A stretch of 64,000 nt of DNA from NCBI GenBank assembly GCA_964247055.1, contig OZ176058.1, positions 682,001 to 746,000 of the forward strand, given 5' to 3'. How positions within the stretch are numbered: position 1 is the stretch's first letter; each line of letters begins with the position of its first letter. Positions 25,669 to 39,410 of this stretch are shown one piece after another. The notes beneath the pieces were generated by a model. It did no database searches, had not been told where the DNA came from, and saw only the letters and a program-made list of their open reading frames with translations. The translations under genes and the position numbers were made by a program. The stretch comes from Paragordius varius (taxonomy: Eukaryota; Animalia; Nematomorpha).

Positions 25669-26532
25669 TCCTTAAACAATTCAAATTCACCCTTGAATAA
25701 TTCAAATTCCCCCTTAAACAATTCAAATTCACCCTCGAACAATTCAAGTTTACCCCTAACTAAAATATATGTTTTTTAAGATTAAAAATTACCAATATTT
25801 CTATATGTTTTCAAAAAATAAAAATTTTGTATTAAATTAAAATAATAGTGAAAAAATAAATAACTATGCCATAAAGATGTATTTCATATTAATAATGAGT
25901 TAATTAGTTCAAAAACACATAATTTTTGTTTAGGGTGATTTTGAATTGTTCAAGGGTGAATGAACTGTAAATGGTATAATTTGTATTCTCGTAAAATTTA
26001 TTAAATTCAAACTATATCCAAAATTTTCGATACACGAGAGTATTTTTTTCAATGGATTAACTAAGATAAAAGAAAATAATAATAAGATTGATTTAAACAA
26101 AATTTGAAAAATATAATTTATTTTCTTTTATTCTAGTTAATCCATTGAAAAAGATACTCTCATGTATCGAAAATTTTGGATATAGTTTGAATTTAATAAA
26201 TTTTACGAGAATACAAATTATACCATTTACAGTTCAAATTCACCCTTAAACAATTCAAATTCACCCTTGAACAATTCAAATTCACCCTAAACATAAATTA
26301 TGTGTTTTTGAACTAATATAACTCATTATTAGTATGAAATACATCTTTATGTCATAGTTATTTATTTTTTCACTATTATTTTAATTTAATACAAAATTTT
26401 TATTTTTTGAAAACATATAGAAATATTGGTAATTTTTAATCTTAAAAAACATATATTTTAGTTAGGGGTAAACTTGAATTGTTCGAGGGTGAATTTGAAT
26501 TGTTCAAGGGTGAATTTGAACTGTAAATGGTA
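25669..26532. repeat. about 400-bp near-perfect inverted duplication (foldback) with ~35-bp spacer
   Basis: GTAAATGGTATAATTTGTATTCTCGTAAAATTTATTAAATTCAAACTATATCCAAAATTTTCGATAC is mirrored at 26150-26230; the two family-B MITEs share private variants. Confidence 0.9.
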
Positions 26533-26599
26533 TATATATAAAATGTTTAGAATAGAATAAGAAACAATTAATATATATATTGTTAAAAACCAAATATAC

Positions 26600-27565
26600 G
26601 TCTTCCCACCATTCAATGCCACTATCCGTGATATTATGATGAGTCTCAGTTAAGTTAAAAAATTCTGTCAAATTATTATTTGAGCTAGAAATTTCAAGTT
26701 TGGTATTTTTTGTATTATCCATTATTCCATTAAACATTATACGATCAGGTTGATAAGTTTGATTTGAACTTTTCAAAAATGGCGTGGAAAAGGTCTTTTT
26801 ATTTTTTGTTATTATAATGTTTTCTTCACCACAATAATCAAAATTGTCGGCTAAAAAATCATCCAAAACAAATAATGTATTATTTGCAAAGTTTAAATTC
26901 TGAGTAATACATTTTTCTTCCGGATTTTTTACGGGTTCAAAAAACTTTTTGAAATCATTTGTTTTATCATTTATTGTTGCAGTTTTTGTCGAATTTGTGT
27001 TTAAAAAATTTGTTTCGTTTGTGTTTGAGTTTGAAATAGCGTCAGACGATACATTTATAATGTCCGTTATAAAAGACGCAGACGAACACAAATTTGAAGA
27101 AATATTATTATTGTTGAAATTATTTTGCAATTTTTCGGCAAATGCGTATTCAGAATGATCAAAAACTTTAATATTCACCTCCTTTGTAAAAGATTTTTCT
27201 GTTATTGGAATACCAGAAAGATAATAATTCGAAAAATTTTGGACTTGGCTGGATTCTGAATGTTTCAAGTAATTTACATTATTCCCATAACTATTAGAAT
27301 CTTTGATATGTTGTTCAGCGTTGGTAAAAAAGTCAGAAAATAATGGTTTTGTTTCAATGTCACAATTTGAAGTTTCCATTAAAGTTAAATTTGGATTTTT
27401 GGTTAAAATATCACCATTTTTAACATTCATCATATCATGGTTAATTAAGTCAACGTTATAGGACTTTAGTGGTTTGAGAAAATACCTTTTCTCATGTGGG
27501 CTATAATTTGAAAAGGGTTCTAATAAAGTCCCTTGACTATTATTTTCGACTGATATCCAAGGCAT
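26600..27565 (-). CDS. probable first coding exon of the TOX4-like gene (322 codons, N/S-rich)
   Basis: Long ORF in otherwise stop-rich DNA. It runs from ATG at 27565 (MPWISVENN...) to a phase-0 donor GAC|GTATAT at 26600, compatible with the phase-0 acceptor at 21464 (joined product about 871 aa). No recognisable domain, so the linkage to TOX is inferred. Confidence 0.6.
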
Positions 27566-28849
27566 TGTGACGATTTTTCGATTTTGGCAAAATATGAATT
27601 TAATAATAAATATAACGGCTAAATATTGAAACAACGTATCTGATTCCGAAAAAAACGCCAAAAATATTGGGGGATAGATGTTTAAAATAAGTTTTTCCTT
27701 AAAAATTATAAGAAAAATGGGTTTTTGCCCCAAAGAGAGAAGTTAGATAAAAATTTAACTTTTCAAAAAGTAAGAAAAAAAGATAAACTGTTGCCACAAT
27801 ACAATGTCGTTTTATAAATTAAAGAATTTGTGATTTCAACAATTTATTTCCAGAAAAACTGTCGTTTGTATTATTTGTCACAGGGAATAAATACTTTTTT
27901 GAATAAAATAAATTTTAAATAATATAATTAAATTAAACATTTTAACCGTTTATATATATTTGTATAAAAAATATGATTTATGGTTAATAAAGGTAAGTGG
28001 TATAATTTCATATCATAAAATAAATGTTAACATAAAAAACAGTGACATTGTACTTTGCAATTGTCAATGTACACAATATATATATATTTATATATATAAA
28101 ACAATGTTAAATTGTTAATAATAATTTTATAAAAAATATTTTTATAAAAATTAATATTTTTAAAATATTTATATAAAAAATAATATTTTTAAAATATTTA
28201 TATAAAAAATAATATTTAAAACTTTTATTCAAAATTTACAAATAATTCTTAAATCACCGTTTATTGAATCAACCACAGTAAAAGATCAATTTAAATCTCA
28301 TTTTACTTATAAAATTTCAATTTTATTATTGAATATTAAATAATTTTATATTCTTACAATATAACTTTCACTGTAATCTAAATATTTTTACAGTAAAGAG
28401 AATTATTATTGGTTATAAAAAAGTCTTTTGATTGGTGAGAATAGAAAAATCTAAATGTTAAAAACGCAAAAAATATTTATTATTAAATAAATATATAATT
28501 TTTAAAACTAATTATTCCTACAATATAACTTTCACTGTAATTTAAATATTTTTTCAACAAAAAGAATTTAAATTGGTTATTAACATCTTTTAATTGGTGA
28601 AAGAATATAGAAAATATAAGCAAAAAAAAGCAAAATCATATTCATTTTTACTGCAATATTAACCAAGTTTAAGACCACTTACAGTTCAAATAATATTTAT
28701 TACCTTTTAATAATTTTTCTTATGATTTGTCTTTTATAAAACATAGGAAAAAAAGAAAGATAGAAAGGGATTGCAAATGAATATGTCATATAAAACAACA
28801 TAAAACTTTCTACGACATAAAATTTCATTCTATTCTGTTTTAAACCAGG

Positions 28850-29659
28850 GTCAAAGTTTTTTATTGAACTTAGAAATATTTATGACAAGTTATTTACAGT
28901 AGCGTATGGCATAAAACAATGTTGGTCCATAATAAATGAATAAAAAAATGTTTAGTTTTAAAAAAACAAGGGAAATGTATTTACTCAAAAAACATATTTT
29001 TATTCCATTTTATGGACTAATGATGTTTTATACCATATGCTACTGTATATTCTGTTTGAATCAGAGTTAAAGTTTTGTATTGAACTTCGAAATATTTATG
29101 ACAAGTTATTTACAATAGCGTATGGCATAAAACAATAATATGCCATAAAATAGATTATTTTATAAAAACAAGGCTACTTGTATATACCACACATATCCCT
29201 AATATCCCACCTTGTGTTTTTAAAAAAAAATTTTTTTTTTCTTTTATGGACTAATATTGTTTTATGTCATACGCTACTGTATATTTTGTTTTTATCAGGG
29301 TCAAAGTTTCGTATTGAACTTCGAAATATTTATAACATGTTATATACAGTAGCGTATGGCATAATACAATATTAGTCCAAAAATAGAATTTTTTATAAAA
29401 AAAGCCTATTCACATATCCATAATATATCCTCTGGTTTTTTTAAAAAATGACATTTTTTCTTTTATGGACTAATAATATTTTATGTCATACGCTACTGTA
29501 TATTCTGTTTAAACCAGGGTCAAAGTCTCGTATTAAACTACAATTTGAAAAGAAATATGTATGACAAGTTATATACAGTAGCGTATGGCATAAAACATCA
29601 TTATTCCATAATAAATGAATAAAAAATGTTTTTTTTCAAAATACATGGAGGGATATTAT

Positions 29660-29696
<37 letters not shown>

Positions 29697-29773
29697 AATA
29701 CGCTGGTTTTTTTTAAACCAAACATTTTTTATGCTATTTTATGGACTAATAATGTTTTTGTCATACGCTACTG
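28850..29773. mobile_element. four head-to-tail family C MITEs sharing the same ~55-bp flank
   Basis: Copies at 28897-29045, 29113-29279, 29347-29498 and 29576-29773, each preceded by a variant of AGGGTCAAAGTTTCGTATTGAACTTCGAAATATTTATGACAAGTTAT. Confidence 0.85.
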
Positions 29774-30654
29774 TATACACTGTGTTCAATATTTAATACA
29801 GTATGAGTAAGTATATATATTGCTATAAAGTTATTAATTATTAAAAGAGAATTATTTTTGGTTAATAATATAGTAGTAAAAAGTGAAAATATAACTAAAA
29901 GCCAATAATACTGCCCCCTTTGTTGTTTGATACTATTTGGCAATAATTAATAACTTTCTAGGAATGTATACTTACTTAATCATACTACTATTTTTAACAA
30001 TATCTGAATTTAAAAAATAATTTCAATATTTATAAATTAATAAATAATTTAAAATTATATATATAAATTAATATATATATATATATATATAAATATATAT
30101 ATAAACATTAATAAATAATTTAAAACTATATTTTCACTTGTACGCGCAAAAAAGTAAAAATGAAAAGTCAAAATTCTACAGAGAAAGGCAGATATTGTCA
30201 GAAATTTTAACCTTTTTCAAATGCAAACAAAAAATTTCATATATGCTTTTTTATTAGAAATTAATCGTAAAATAATATTAAGATTGTTTGATAATAATAA
30301 AAATAAATAAGGTCAAAAAACTGGAATAATGACATTTTATACATTTGTTTGATTGTAAGTGAGTTAGTTTGTTTGCTTGAATAAATATTAGTAATATTTA
30401 GTTTTAATTTATAAAGTTACAGTACTTTTAACTTGAAATTTTGAATTAAGGTCTATATTTTACAGTTTTATATTAAAAACAAATTACAATTAAAAAACCA
30501 AGTGTGATAAAAAAAATGTAATTATGAAAAAAATATTATTAATTGAACGATAAAAACATATGAATTTAGAGGTGTGTATTACAGCATTTCAAAATAACTA
30601 AAATTTTGAAATTTACATTTATCTTTTTTTCTAATAAAATGTAAAATTCCAACT

Positions 30655-30689
<35 letters not shown>

Positions 30690-33632
30690 TTAGTTCAAAT
30701 TTACCCTTAAACAATTCTTAAATCAAACAAAATTTCATTTTTTTAAAATTATAAAAATATAAGTAATTTTAATATTTAAAAATATAAAAATTTATTTGAG
30801 GGTAAATTTGAATTTTTAAATGAATTTGAATTGTAAATATTAAATAAACATATTTATTAACTAATAAAGTACGACGATATTATACTTTAAAGCTGGAAAT
30901 TTTTTATTCAATGGTAATTTTGAAATTTTAAATTAAGGTCCATATTTCACAGTTTTAGATATTCATTTTATAAAAAAAAATTAAAAAAACAAAGTGTGAT
31001 AAAAAAGATGGTGAATTAAACTAAAAATACTAATTTTAAAACTTTTCAAAATTGTTGAATAATCTAATTTTTAAAATTTTTTTTAAAATGCTAAAAAATC
31101 TAAATTTTAGTTTTCCAAAGCTGAAAATGCTAAAATAATTTTTAAGTTAAAAAAAATGCTACGATATATATATATATATATATATGTATGTATAAATAAA
31201 TATTTAAAGTTTTTAAAAATGCGCAAAAATCTAAATTTAGTATTTTAAAATGCTATAATTGCTAAAAACCGAAAAAAACTTTTCAATTACACCAAAAAAA
31301 CTAAATTTTATTACTTTCCCGAAATTCTCAAAATGCTAAAAAAACTAATTTTCAAAATGCTCAAAATGCTAAAACTAAATTTTAAAACTTTTCAAAATGT
31401 TAAAAAAAAACAAAATTTAAATTCAATTATATATATATATATATATAATCTAAATTTTTTATAGTTTTTCAAAACGCTAAAAAAATCTTAATTTTAAAGC
31501 ATTTCAAAAAACTAAAAATTGCCAAAAAAAATCTAAATATTAAAACTTTTAACATTGCCAAAAAGACTAAAAAAACTAGATTTTCCGCATATTGTCTAAT
31601 ATTAAAATTAAACTCAAAGGACAAAAAAATGTAAACTCAAAGGACAAAAAAATGTAATAAAAAGGACACAAATATATAGTTTTAGAGGTTAATTTTTAAA
31701 CACATTACGTATGATCTATTAACCTTATATATGCATATATATCATCTCTAAAAAAATAAGTAATTAAATGACCAATCCATATATATATTTATATATATAT
31801 ATATATATTCATATAATGGTACACCCTTGTACGACACGCTTAATATAATCTAGAATTAATTTTGGTTAAAAAAAAATTTTAATTGGTTTTTTAAGAAAAA
31901 ATATTTAAAAATGTAAAAAAATTTTTGTCTTTTATGTTAAAAAAAATTTAAAAAGCTTTCAAAGAGTAACTTTATTAAAGGAAGTTATAATTGGTTAATA
32001 TAAATCTTTTTAAAAAGTATATAAATATTTAAATTTACACTTGAACAATTCAAATTCCCCCTTAAACAAATTTTATATGTATTCAATATAACTCATCATT
32101 AATATAATAGAAAATATTTCTTTTCAATTATAAATTATCTTTTTATTCAAGGATGAATTTGAATTGTTTAAGGGCAAATTCCAGCTGTAAATGGAATATT
32201 TACGTGAAATTCTGTTTTAACCAATATATATAACCTAAAAAGAAAATTATTTTTCATTATATATACATGCATATATCATCTCTAAAAAAATAAGTAATTA
32301 AATGACCAATCCATATATATATATATATATATATTCATATAATGGTACACCCTTGTACGACACGCTTAATATATATATTATAATCTATAAAAAAGTAAGT
32401 TTATTGGTTTAGAGGGAATATTAATTGGCTTTAAAAGAAAAAATTAAATGTAAAAATTTTTTGTTTTTTAGGTTTTATTGTTTAATTTGCTTTTCTATGT
32501 TTAATTAACATACCATTTACAAATCAAAATTACTCTTAAACAATTCAAATTGACCCTCAAATACTTTATATGTGTTATTTAGAATTAAAAATTAACTTTA
32601 TATAAAAATATGTTTTATTTAATTTTTTTGTTTATGTTGAATTAGTAACATACCGTTTTCAATTCAAATTCATCCTTGAACAATTCAAATTCACTCTAAA
32701 ATACATAATGTGTTTTTTAGTATTAAAAATTATCTTAATTTAATTTTTGTCTTAAAGAAATATTTTATAATAATATTTTTTTAGGGTAATTTTGATTATA
32801 ATATATGTTATATATTATAATCTAGTAAAGAATAATTTTATTGGTTTAAAAGACATATTAATTGGTTTATATGTAAAAAATATTTAAAATATAAAAAATT
32901 TTTGTGTTTTATTTGATTTTTTTGTCTTTTTTATGGTTAATTAGTATCATACCATTTACAATTCAAATTCACCCTTAAACACTTCAAACACCCTTGAACA
33001 ATTCAAATTCTAATTGAATAATTCAAATTGCCCCTAAAAATCATATATTAAGATTTAAAAATTTCTTTTATATTTTAATATATATCTTTAAAAAATATAT
33101 TTCATAAGAATTTATTTTTATGGTGATTTTGAATTGTAAATGGTAAATTTAAATCTAGTAAAGAATAACTTTATTGGTTAAGAGGAACATTAATTGGTTT
33201 ATAGATTATTTTAAAAACAAAAACAATTTGAAGTATTAATTTTTTGCCACAATTTATTTATATTTTTTTTTTAAATCTTAAGGCCATTTTAATTAAAGTT
33301 TACAATTTTTTACCTGTCTGTACATTCTTTATTACTACATATATTTTACCTAATATATATATATATATATATATCCAAATTTTTTAAAAAAGTTTAAGTT
33401 TTATATAATTTTTCACAATTTTAAGTCAAAAATTTAATTGAGAAATATATATATATATATATATATGAACTTTTTAATCCTGTACAAGGCTGTACCATTA
33501 TATTATTTATAAATATATATATATATAAATATATATGGTCATTTATACTTTTTATATACTGCTTTTTTATTTTAAAAGTATTTTATTTTAAGCATTTTTA
33601 ACTACCATTTAAGTCAGTTAAATTGCTTTTAG

Positions 33633-33665
<33 letters not shown>

Positions 33666-33952
33666 AAGGGTCTTTTTAAAAAAATGTGTAATTAACCAAT
33701 TATATTATAACTTCCGTTATTCTTTCAAAGCTTACTTATTTTTTTTTGAAATATATATTTTTACGACAAAAATCAATAAATAAAGGTAATTTGTAATACT
33801 AAAAAAACACATATAATGTATTTTAGGGGTGAATTTGAATTGTTTAAGGATGAGTTTGAACTGAAAATGGTATACTAAATAAACATTATTTTTTTTTAAA
33901 AATTTACGTTAATTTTTTTTCTATAAACCAATTAATAATCCCTCTAAACCAA

Positions 33953-33994
<42 letters not shown>

Positions 33995-35039
33995 ATAATC
34001 AAAATTACCCTAAAAATAAAAAATATATTTTTACGATACAAATTTAAAATTAAAAGTGAACATTTTTAATTTCAAAAAACACATATAATGTATTCAAGGG
34101 TAAATTTGAACTGAAAATGGTATTTACTATATAAAGACAAAATTTTTTTTAAAATTTACATTAAATTTTTGCTCTAAGAACCAATTAATATTCCCTCTAT
34201 ATTAATAAAGTTTCTTTTTACTAGATTTCAATATATATATATATATATATATACCATTTACAATTCAAAATCACCCTCGAAAATAGATTCATATGAAATA
34301 TATTTTTACGACAAAAATTAAAAAATATAGGTGGTCTTAAATGCTAAAAAATACTTATAATGTATTTTAGGGTGAATTTAAATATTGTAAATAATATGTT
34401 ACTAATTAAACATAAAAAAGACAAAAAAATCAAATAAATCATATTATTTTATACATATTAAATTTTTAATTTTAAAAAAGCATGATATATTATATACCAT
34501 TTACAATTCAAATTCACCCTAAAAATAAATTATGTGTTTTCAAACTAATATAAGTCATTAATAATATGAAATATATCTTAAAGGCACATATAGTTTATAA
34601 TTTCTTTACTATTATTTAAATTTAAAACAAAATTTTAGTCAAAAAATTATAAAAAATATAGGTTTTTAATTTTATTAAAACATATAATTTATTTTAGGGT
34701 AAATTTGAAGTGTTATTGGTATATTTTTTGTCTTTATAAATGAAATTTTTAAACTGTAAAAAACAAGTTAACATATATAAAAAAACTAACCTTAAAACCA
34801 TTTGGGAAAAATATAAGCTTTCAATATCCAAATTAATATATTATTAAAACAAAAACTTTAATTTTTTTATAATCAAGTTTAAAAATTATATTATTAAAAA
34901 TTTATTATTTTATTTTTACATGGAAAACGTTTCTATTAAAAATAATTAAATAAACGAAATAGTGTGTTTTTCCAATTAAGGCAAAATACTATCCGAATTT
35001 AATATATAAATAATTTTGAAAATTATATATTTTATTTTA

Positions 35040-35085
<46 letters not shown>

Positions 35086-35098
35086 TTTCAATTATATG

Positions 35099-35138
<40 letters not shown>

Positions 35139-35184
35139 ATTTAAAAATTATATATTTTAAAAATTAAGAATTTACTTTTTTTAC

Positions 35185-35255
35185 ATGCATTTTTTTATGG
35201 CTAATGTTTGATTTGGGTAACATCTGATTAATTTTCATATCCGGTTTTGTATTAT
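35185..35255 (-). CDS. putative second exon of the 36.8 kb gene (NTKPDMKINQMLPKSNISHKKMH)
   Basis: TTAG acceptor at 35256, phase-1 start matching the upstream donor, 23 open codons, and a CAT|GTAAAA phase-0 donor. Confidence 0.45.
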
Positions 35256-36110
35256 CTAATTTAAAAGTTAAAAATTATAAAATATATAACTTAAATTTTA
35301 TTTCTAAACTTTATAAATTTATATTTTGGATATATATATCTTAAAATATATTAATATATACGATTTATTCGAATTCACCCTTTTACAATTCAAATTCACC
35401 TTAAATAAATTATTATGTGTTTTTAAAGATTAAAAATTATGTATTAAAAAATGAAATTTTGTTTAAAATAATATAATAGCGAAAAAAAAATAAACTAGGC
35501 TATAAAGATATGTCATAATAATAAAGAGTTATATTGGTCGTCCGAAAACACATAATTTATTTTTAGGATAAATTTGAATTGTTCAGGGGTGAATTTGAAT
35601 TGTAAATGGTATATATTTTAAATTACAAGTATTGAGATATATTTTATAACTATAAATTATATCGATTTTAACATAAAATAATTTTAATGAAAAATTTTAT
35701 AGAGATTTAATTTTTTTGTAACTAAAAATCTAAATAGAAATTTAATTAAGTAAAATATGTTTAGGTGGTATCTAATCAAGATATCTTAATATTTTTAAAA
35801 AATTTAATAATTAAATTTATTAATTTTACCTCCATTTCCAAAAATTATATATAAACATATTGTTAAAAGTATAAAAGTTTTTAGTAAAACATTAAAAAAA
35901 TAAATGTATCTAGTAAAATTTTCCAAATATAATTTAAATAAAAAATATTTTTAACCAATGAAATACAACAATTTTGATTAAGAATGTAAGTTAAAAAATA
36001 TAAATTTTATATTTATTAAAACATTTATAGTTTAAAAAACATTTATCTTAACAGTTTAAATAAAAGAAACATTTATGTTTTTAAAAATAAAAAATTATAA
36101 AAAAATAAAC

Positions 36111-36801
36111 TTGAACTGTCATGTTTTTTTCGGCTATCGTCGCAAAAGTTTAAGGTGACATTTTCACTTGCTATATTATTTTCATTTTTATCAAAATCCT
36201 TGAATTTTTGATTCCGATTGAAATTTTGACCTTTTGATATGCCAGAATAATTCAAATTTTTTGGATTTTCCTTCATTTCAGAATTTGTAATTTCCATAAC
36301 TTTTTCTGAATTTTGTAAATTATCCTTAAAAGCTTGATTATTAGTTATTTGGGGATTTGTTGATCTTTGCAAATTTTGAATTTGGTTTTCGTCTGCTAGT
36401 TTATTTATATTCTCACGTGACATCGAGCGGTCAGACGATAGCAAATCTTTATCGTTTTCAGGATTATTTTTGGAAGGCAAGTTAAAATTCATATTTATAT
36501 CGTTATTAGGTATAAAAGATGGCTCATTTATTGCTAAAGACGTTAAATTATCAAATATATTTCCTGCTGAATTGTTTTCCAAAGTTGTTAAATTTTTGTT
36601 TTGAAGATTCATTTGATCCTCATTCAAATTTTCTGGTAAAATGGCATCAGTTTTATTACCATGTTCGTTTTCTTCGCCATCAGATTTATCAATTATATCT
36701 ATTATGTGATAATTAGATGAAAGTATGTATTGATTAGTATCCAAATAGGCAGGAGGCCGTATCGTACGACGTGGTCTCTGATTTACTGGTGAATCGCTCA
36801 T
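36111..36801 (-). CDS. first coding exon of an unidentified low-complexity (N/D/E/S-rich) protein
   Basis: About 230 open codons from ATG 36801 (MSDSPVNQRPRRTIRPPAYLD...). Phase-1 GT donors at 36117/36116 or 36111/36110, just before the sequence turns into intron-like T-rich DNA. Confidence 0.6.
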
Positions 36802-38303
36802 AATCAAACACTTTTCTTCAGATTTTTTATGTCTAAAAACGTATAAAAAGATTAAAATACTGTTTGAAAGTAGCCTAAAGCACACACACGGGTTTTGCAC
36901 CAATTCAAAAACGTGCAAGCAAAGATATAAACGGGTGTTTTTTTTAATTTTTGGTAATTTCAATCTCTATATTGTTTTTTTAAAATTTAATTAGTTATTA
37001 ATGTTAACTAGAAGAAAAACTCTAAAAAATTAATTTAATATAAAGGGAACTACAGAAAAATATGCTAAATAGCTATATTGATCAAAGTTGCGATCTATTG
37101 TTTTAACTGACTAGTATATTTTTCTTAATTAATGTTAAATATGTATATAGTTCTTATAATAGGTATTTAATATGGTATCTTTTACTAATATCTATGATAT
37201 GGGTAAATTTATATGCCTTTTATAAACTTAAAGTCGCACCTTAACGAAATCTTAAAAAAATTCTAAGTCTTATCTACTGACACCGCCTGTTTTTTTTCCA
37301 CTATATAGCTGAATATAATGGTAAGTTATAATTAACATTTCTAATACATTCACAATAATAAATAATATATGTTAAGAGAAACGAATAGGATTTACACGGT
37401 ATTTTGTTCAATTTTTAAGTTATTAAAAAAATATTAATATTTTTGTGGTAATTTATTCATCTTAAAATCGCAATTTTACACTCATAATGCTGAATAAAAT
37501 TTCTTGGAGGGAAAAATTGCATTCGAAAAATTCATAATATAATCGGGTTGATTGAATTAAAAATAATTATCTATCACCTAATATTACTACCATTGTAATG
37601 TAAAAATATTAAATAAAACAATTAAAATTAATAAATACCAAGCTAGTAAATGATTAGTATGGCTTAATTGTGCAAATAATGGTCGGTTCAATAAAAAACT
37701 ATTTACTTCTTGGTATATACCTACTTAATAATATGTTAGGGCAAAATATTATAAACATAAAAGGATTTTGTTTTCATTTTAAAGAAATAGTTAATTATAA
37801 TACTTTATATATCAACCATAAATAACTCTTAAGAACCGTTTAAAATGAGAATAAACCGCATTGTTTTTATTTTATTTACATCAGGAGTATTCAACACGCG
37901 GCCCTCTGAAACATTATGTACTGCCCGTGAAAATTTTGGCATGATTTGCAAAATTCTGCCAAAATTTAAGTAAAATTAAATTTAATAAAAAAATCTGAAT
38001 AAATCCATTTAATTGGCAACAAACTAGAAAAAGATTGCTTTAATGTGTTTGTTACACTGTTATGTTTTAAATATATATACCATATTACTTCATGTGCCAC
38101 GCGCCAAGTTAAAAAGGCGGCTGCTAGACACACCTCATTTAGATATTTTTAAATAATTATATAATCAATCGCTTTAATAACTTTTAAAACCGTAAATGTC
38201 AAAATATAAGGGGCTAAAATAATGCGAACTTTTAATTATAATTAATATGAAGAAATTTGTTTTGGTTTCAAAAATCGTAAGCGTGAAAATATAGAGGTTT
38301 TAA

Positions 38304-38874
38304 CACTTGGATACAACACAATCATTTTAATCCTTGGATCAAATTGGGGTAGTTAAATACCCCAGGCCTATTTAAAATTAAATTTTTTAACAAATATGGA
38401 AGATATCACCATGCCAAAATTTTTGCACTTATATAACATTAATAAACCAAAATATATAAAATTATTCAAAAATACTTGACATTACTTATTTTAAGCTAAA
38501 ACCTAAAGATAAAAATTTAGTCAACGTGACATGTGTGCAATGGTGAAATTTAAAAATATAAAATAAACCGCTTTTTATATTTCTATCAATGTTAGATGCA
38601 ATTTGAAATAAATTAGCCCTAATTTTACCCTTAAAATTAAATGAAGACTATATTCTGCAAAAATAGTGATAAATAAAAATGACGTCGAAGAAGTTTGACA
38701 TGAAACTTTTTTATTCAAAACAAAAATTTATTTAGATATTTTGGCATATTTATATAATTTTTATTAGGATAGAAGCATAGATTTAAATTCGGACCGTTTC
38801 CTTCAGTAATTTTCAAAATATCCTAACTCAAATTTAGTCTGGGGTATTTAGGTACCCCAATTCGAATCGAAGTG
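38304..38874. mobile_element. TTAA-flanked piggyBac-like MITE, copy 1
   Basis: TTAA|CACTTGGAT ... ATCGAAGTG|TTAA, with subterminal inverted AATTGGGGTA...TACCCCAG motifs. Confidence 0.75.
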
Positions 38875-39096
38875 TTAAATATAGAGCCGAAAATTGCTGG
38901 ATGATTTGTTTCGCACACTACTTAAATTATAAGGTTATAACCCGGTTTTCAAAAATGTCAGTAAAATTTTGCCTTTCATTTTAACTCCGCCGCTTTTTCA
39001 GAGGCATAGCTAAGGACATAGTTGAAGGGACGCTGGATTTTTAAAATTTAAATACCTATTTTTTATATAATAAAAGATCAATTATTTTTGATAACA

Positions 39097-39410
39097 TACC
39101 ATTTACAATCAAATTTACCCTTAAACAATTAAAACACCCTTAAATAAAATATATGTTTTTCAAGATAAAAAATTACCAATATTTTTATTTTTGAAAAATA
39201 AATATTTTGTTTTAAATTAATATAATACTAATATAATATGCCATATAGATATGCATATTAATAATGAGTTATATTAGTTCGAAAACACAAAATTTATTTT
39301 TAGGGAATTTTAAATTGTTCAAGGGTGAATTTGAATTGTTCAAGGGTGAATTCGAACTGTTCAAGGGCGAATTTAAATTGTTCGAGGGTGAATTTGAACT
39401 GTAAATGGTA
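39097..39410. mobile_element. MITE family B, intact copy
   Basis: TACCATTTAC ... GTAAATGGTA termini with a conserved core (ATAATGAGTTATATTAGTTCGAAAACAC). Confidence 0.85.

Noticed and set aside
26504-26600. Extension of the 409-aa ORF past WWED to its listed stop
   Set aside because: The frame runs through a GTATAT donor into TA-rich DNA and a MITE terminus; the 5' extension upstream of ATG 27565 also starts at a non-ATG codon.
34790-34990. Candidate further exons of the 36.8-kb gene (YFALIGKTH..., AAG|GTTAGT donor)
   Set aside because: Weak or AAG acceptors and intron-like composition; the CAT|GTAAAA end may just be a decoy copy of the 35185 donor.
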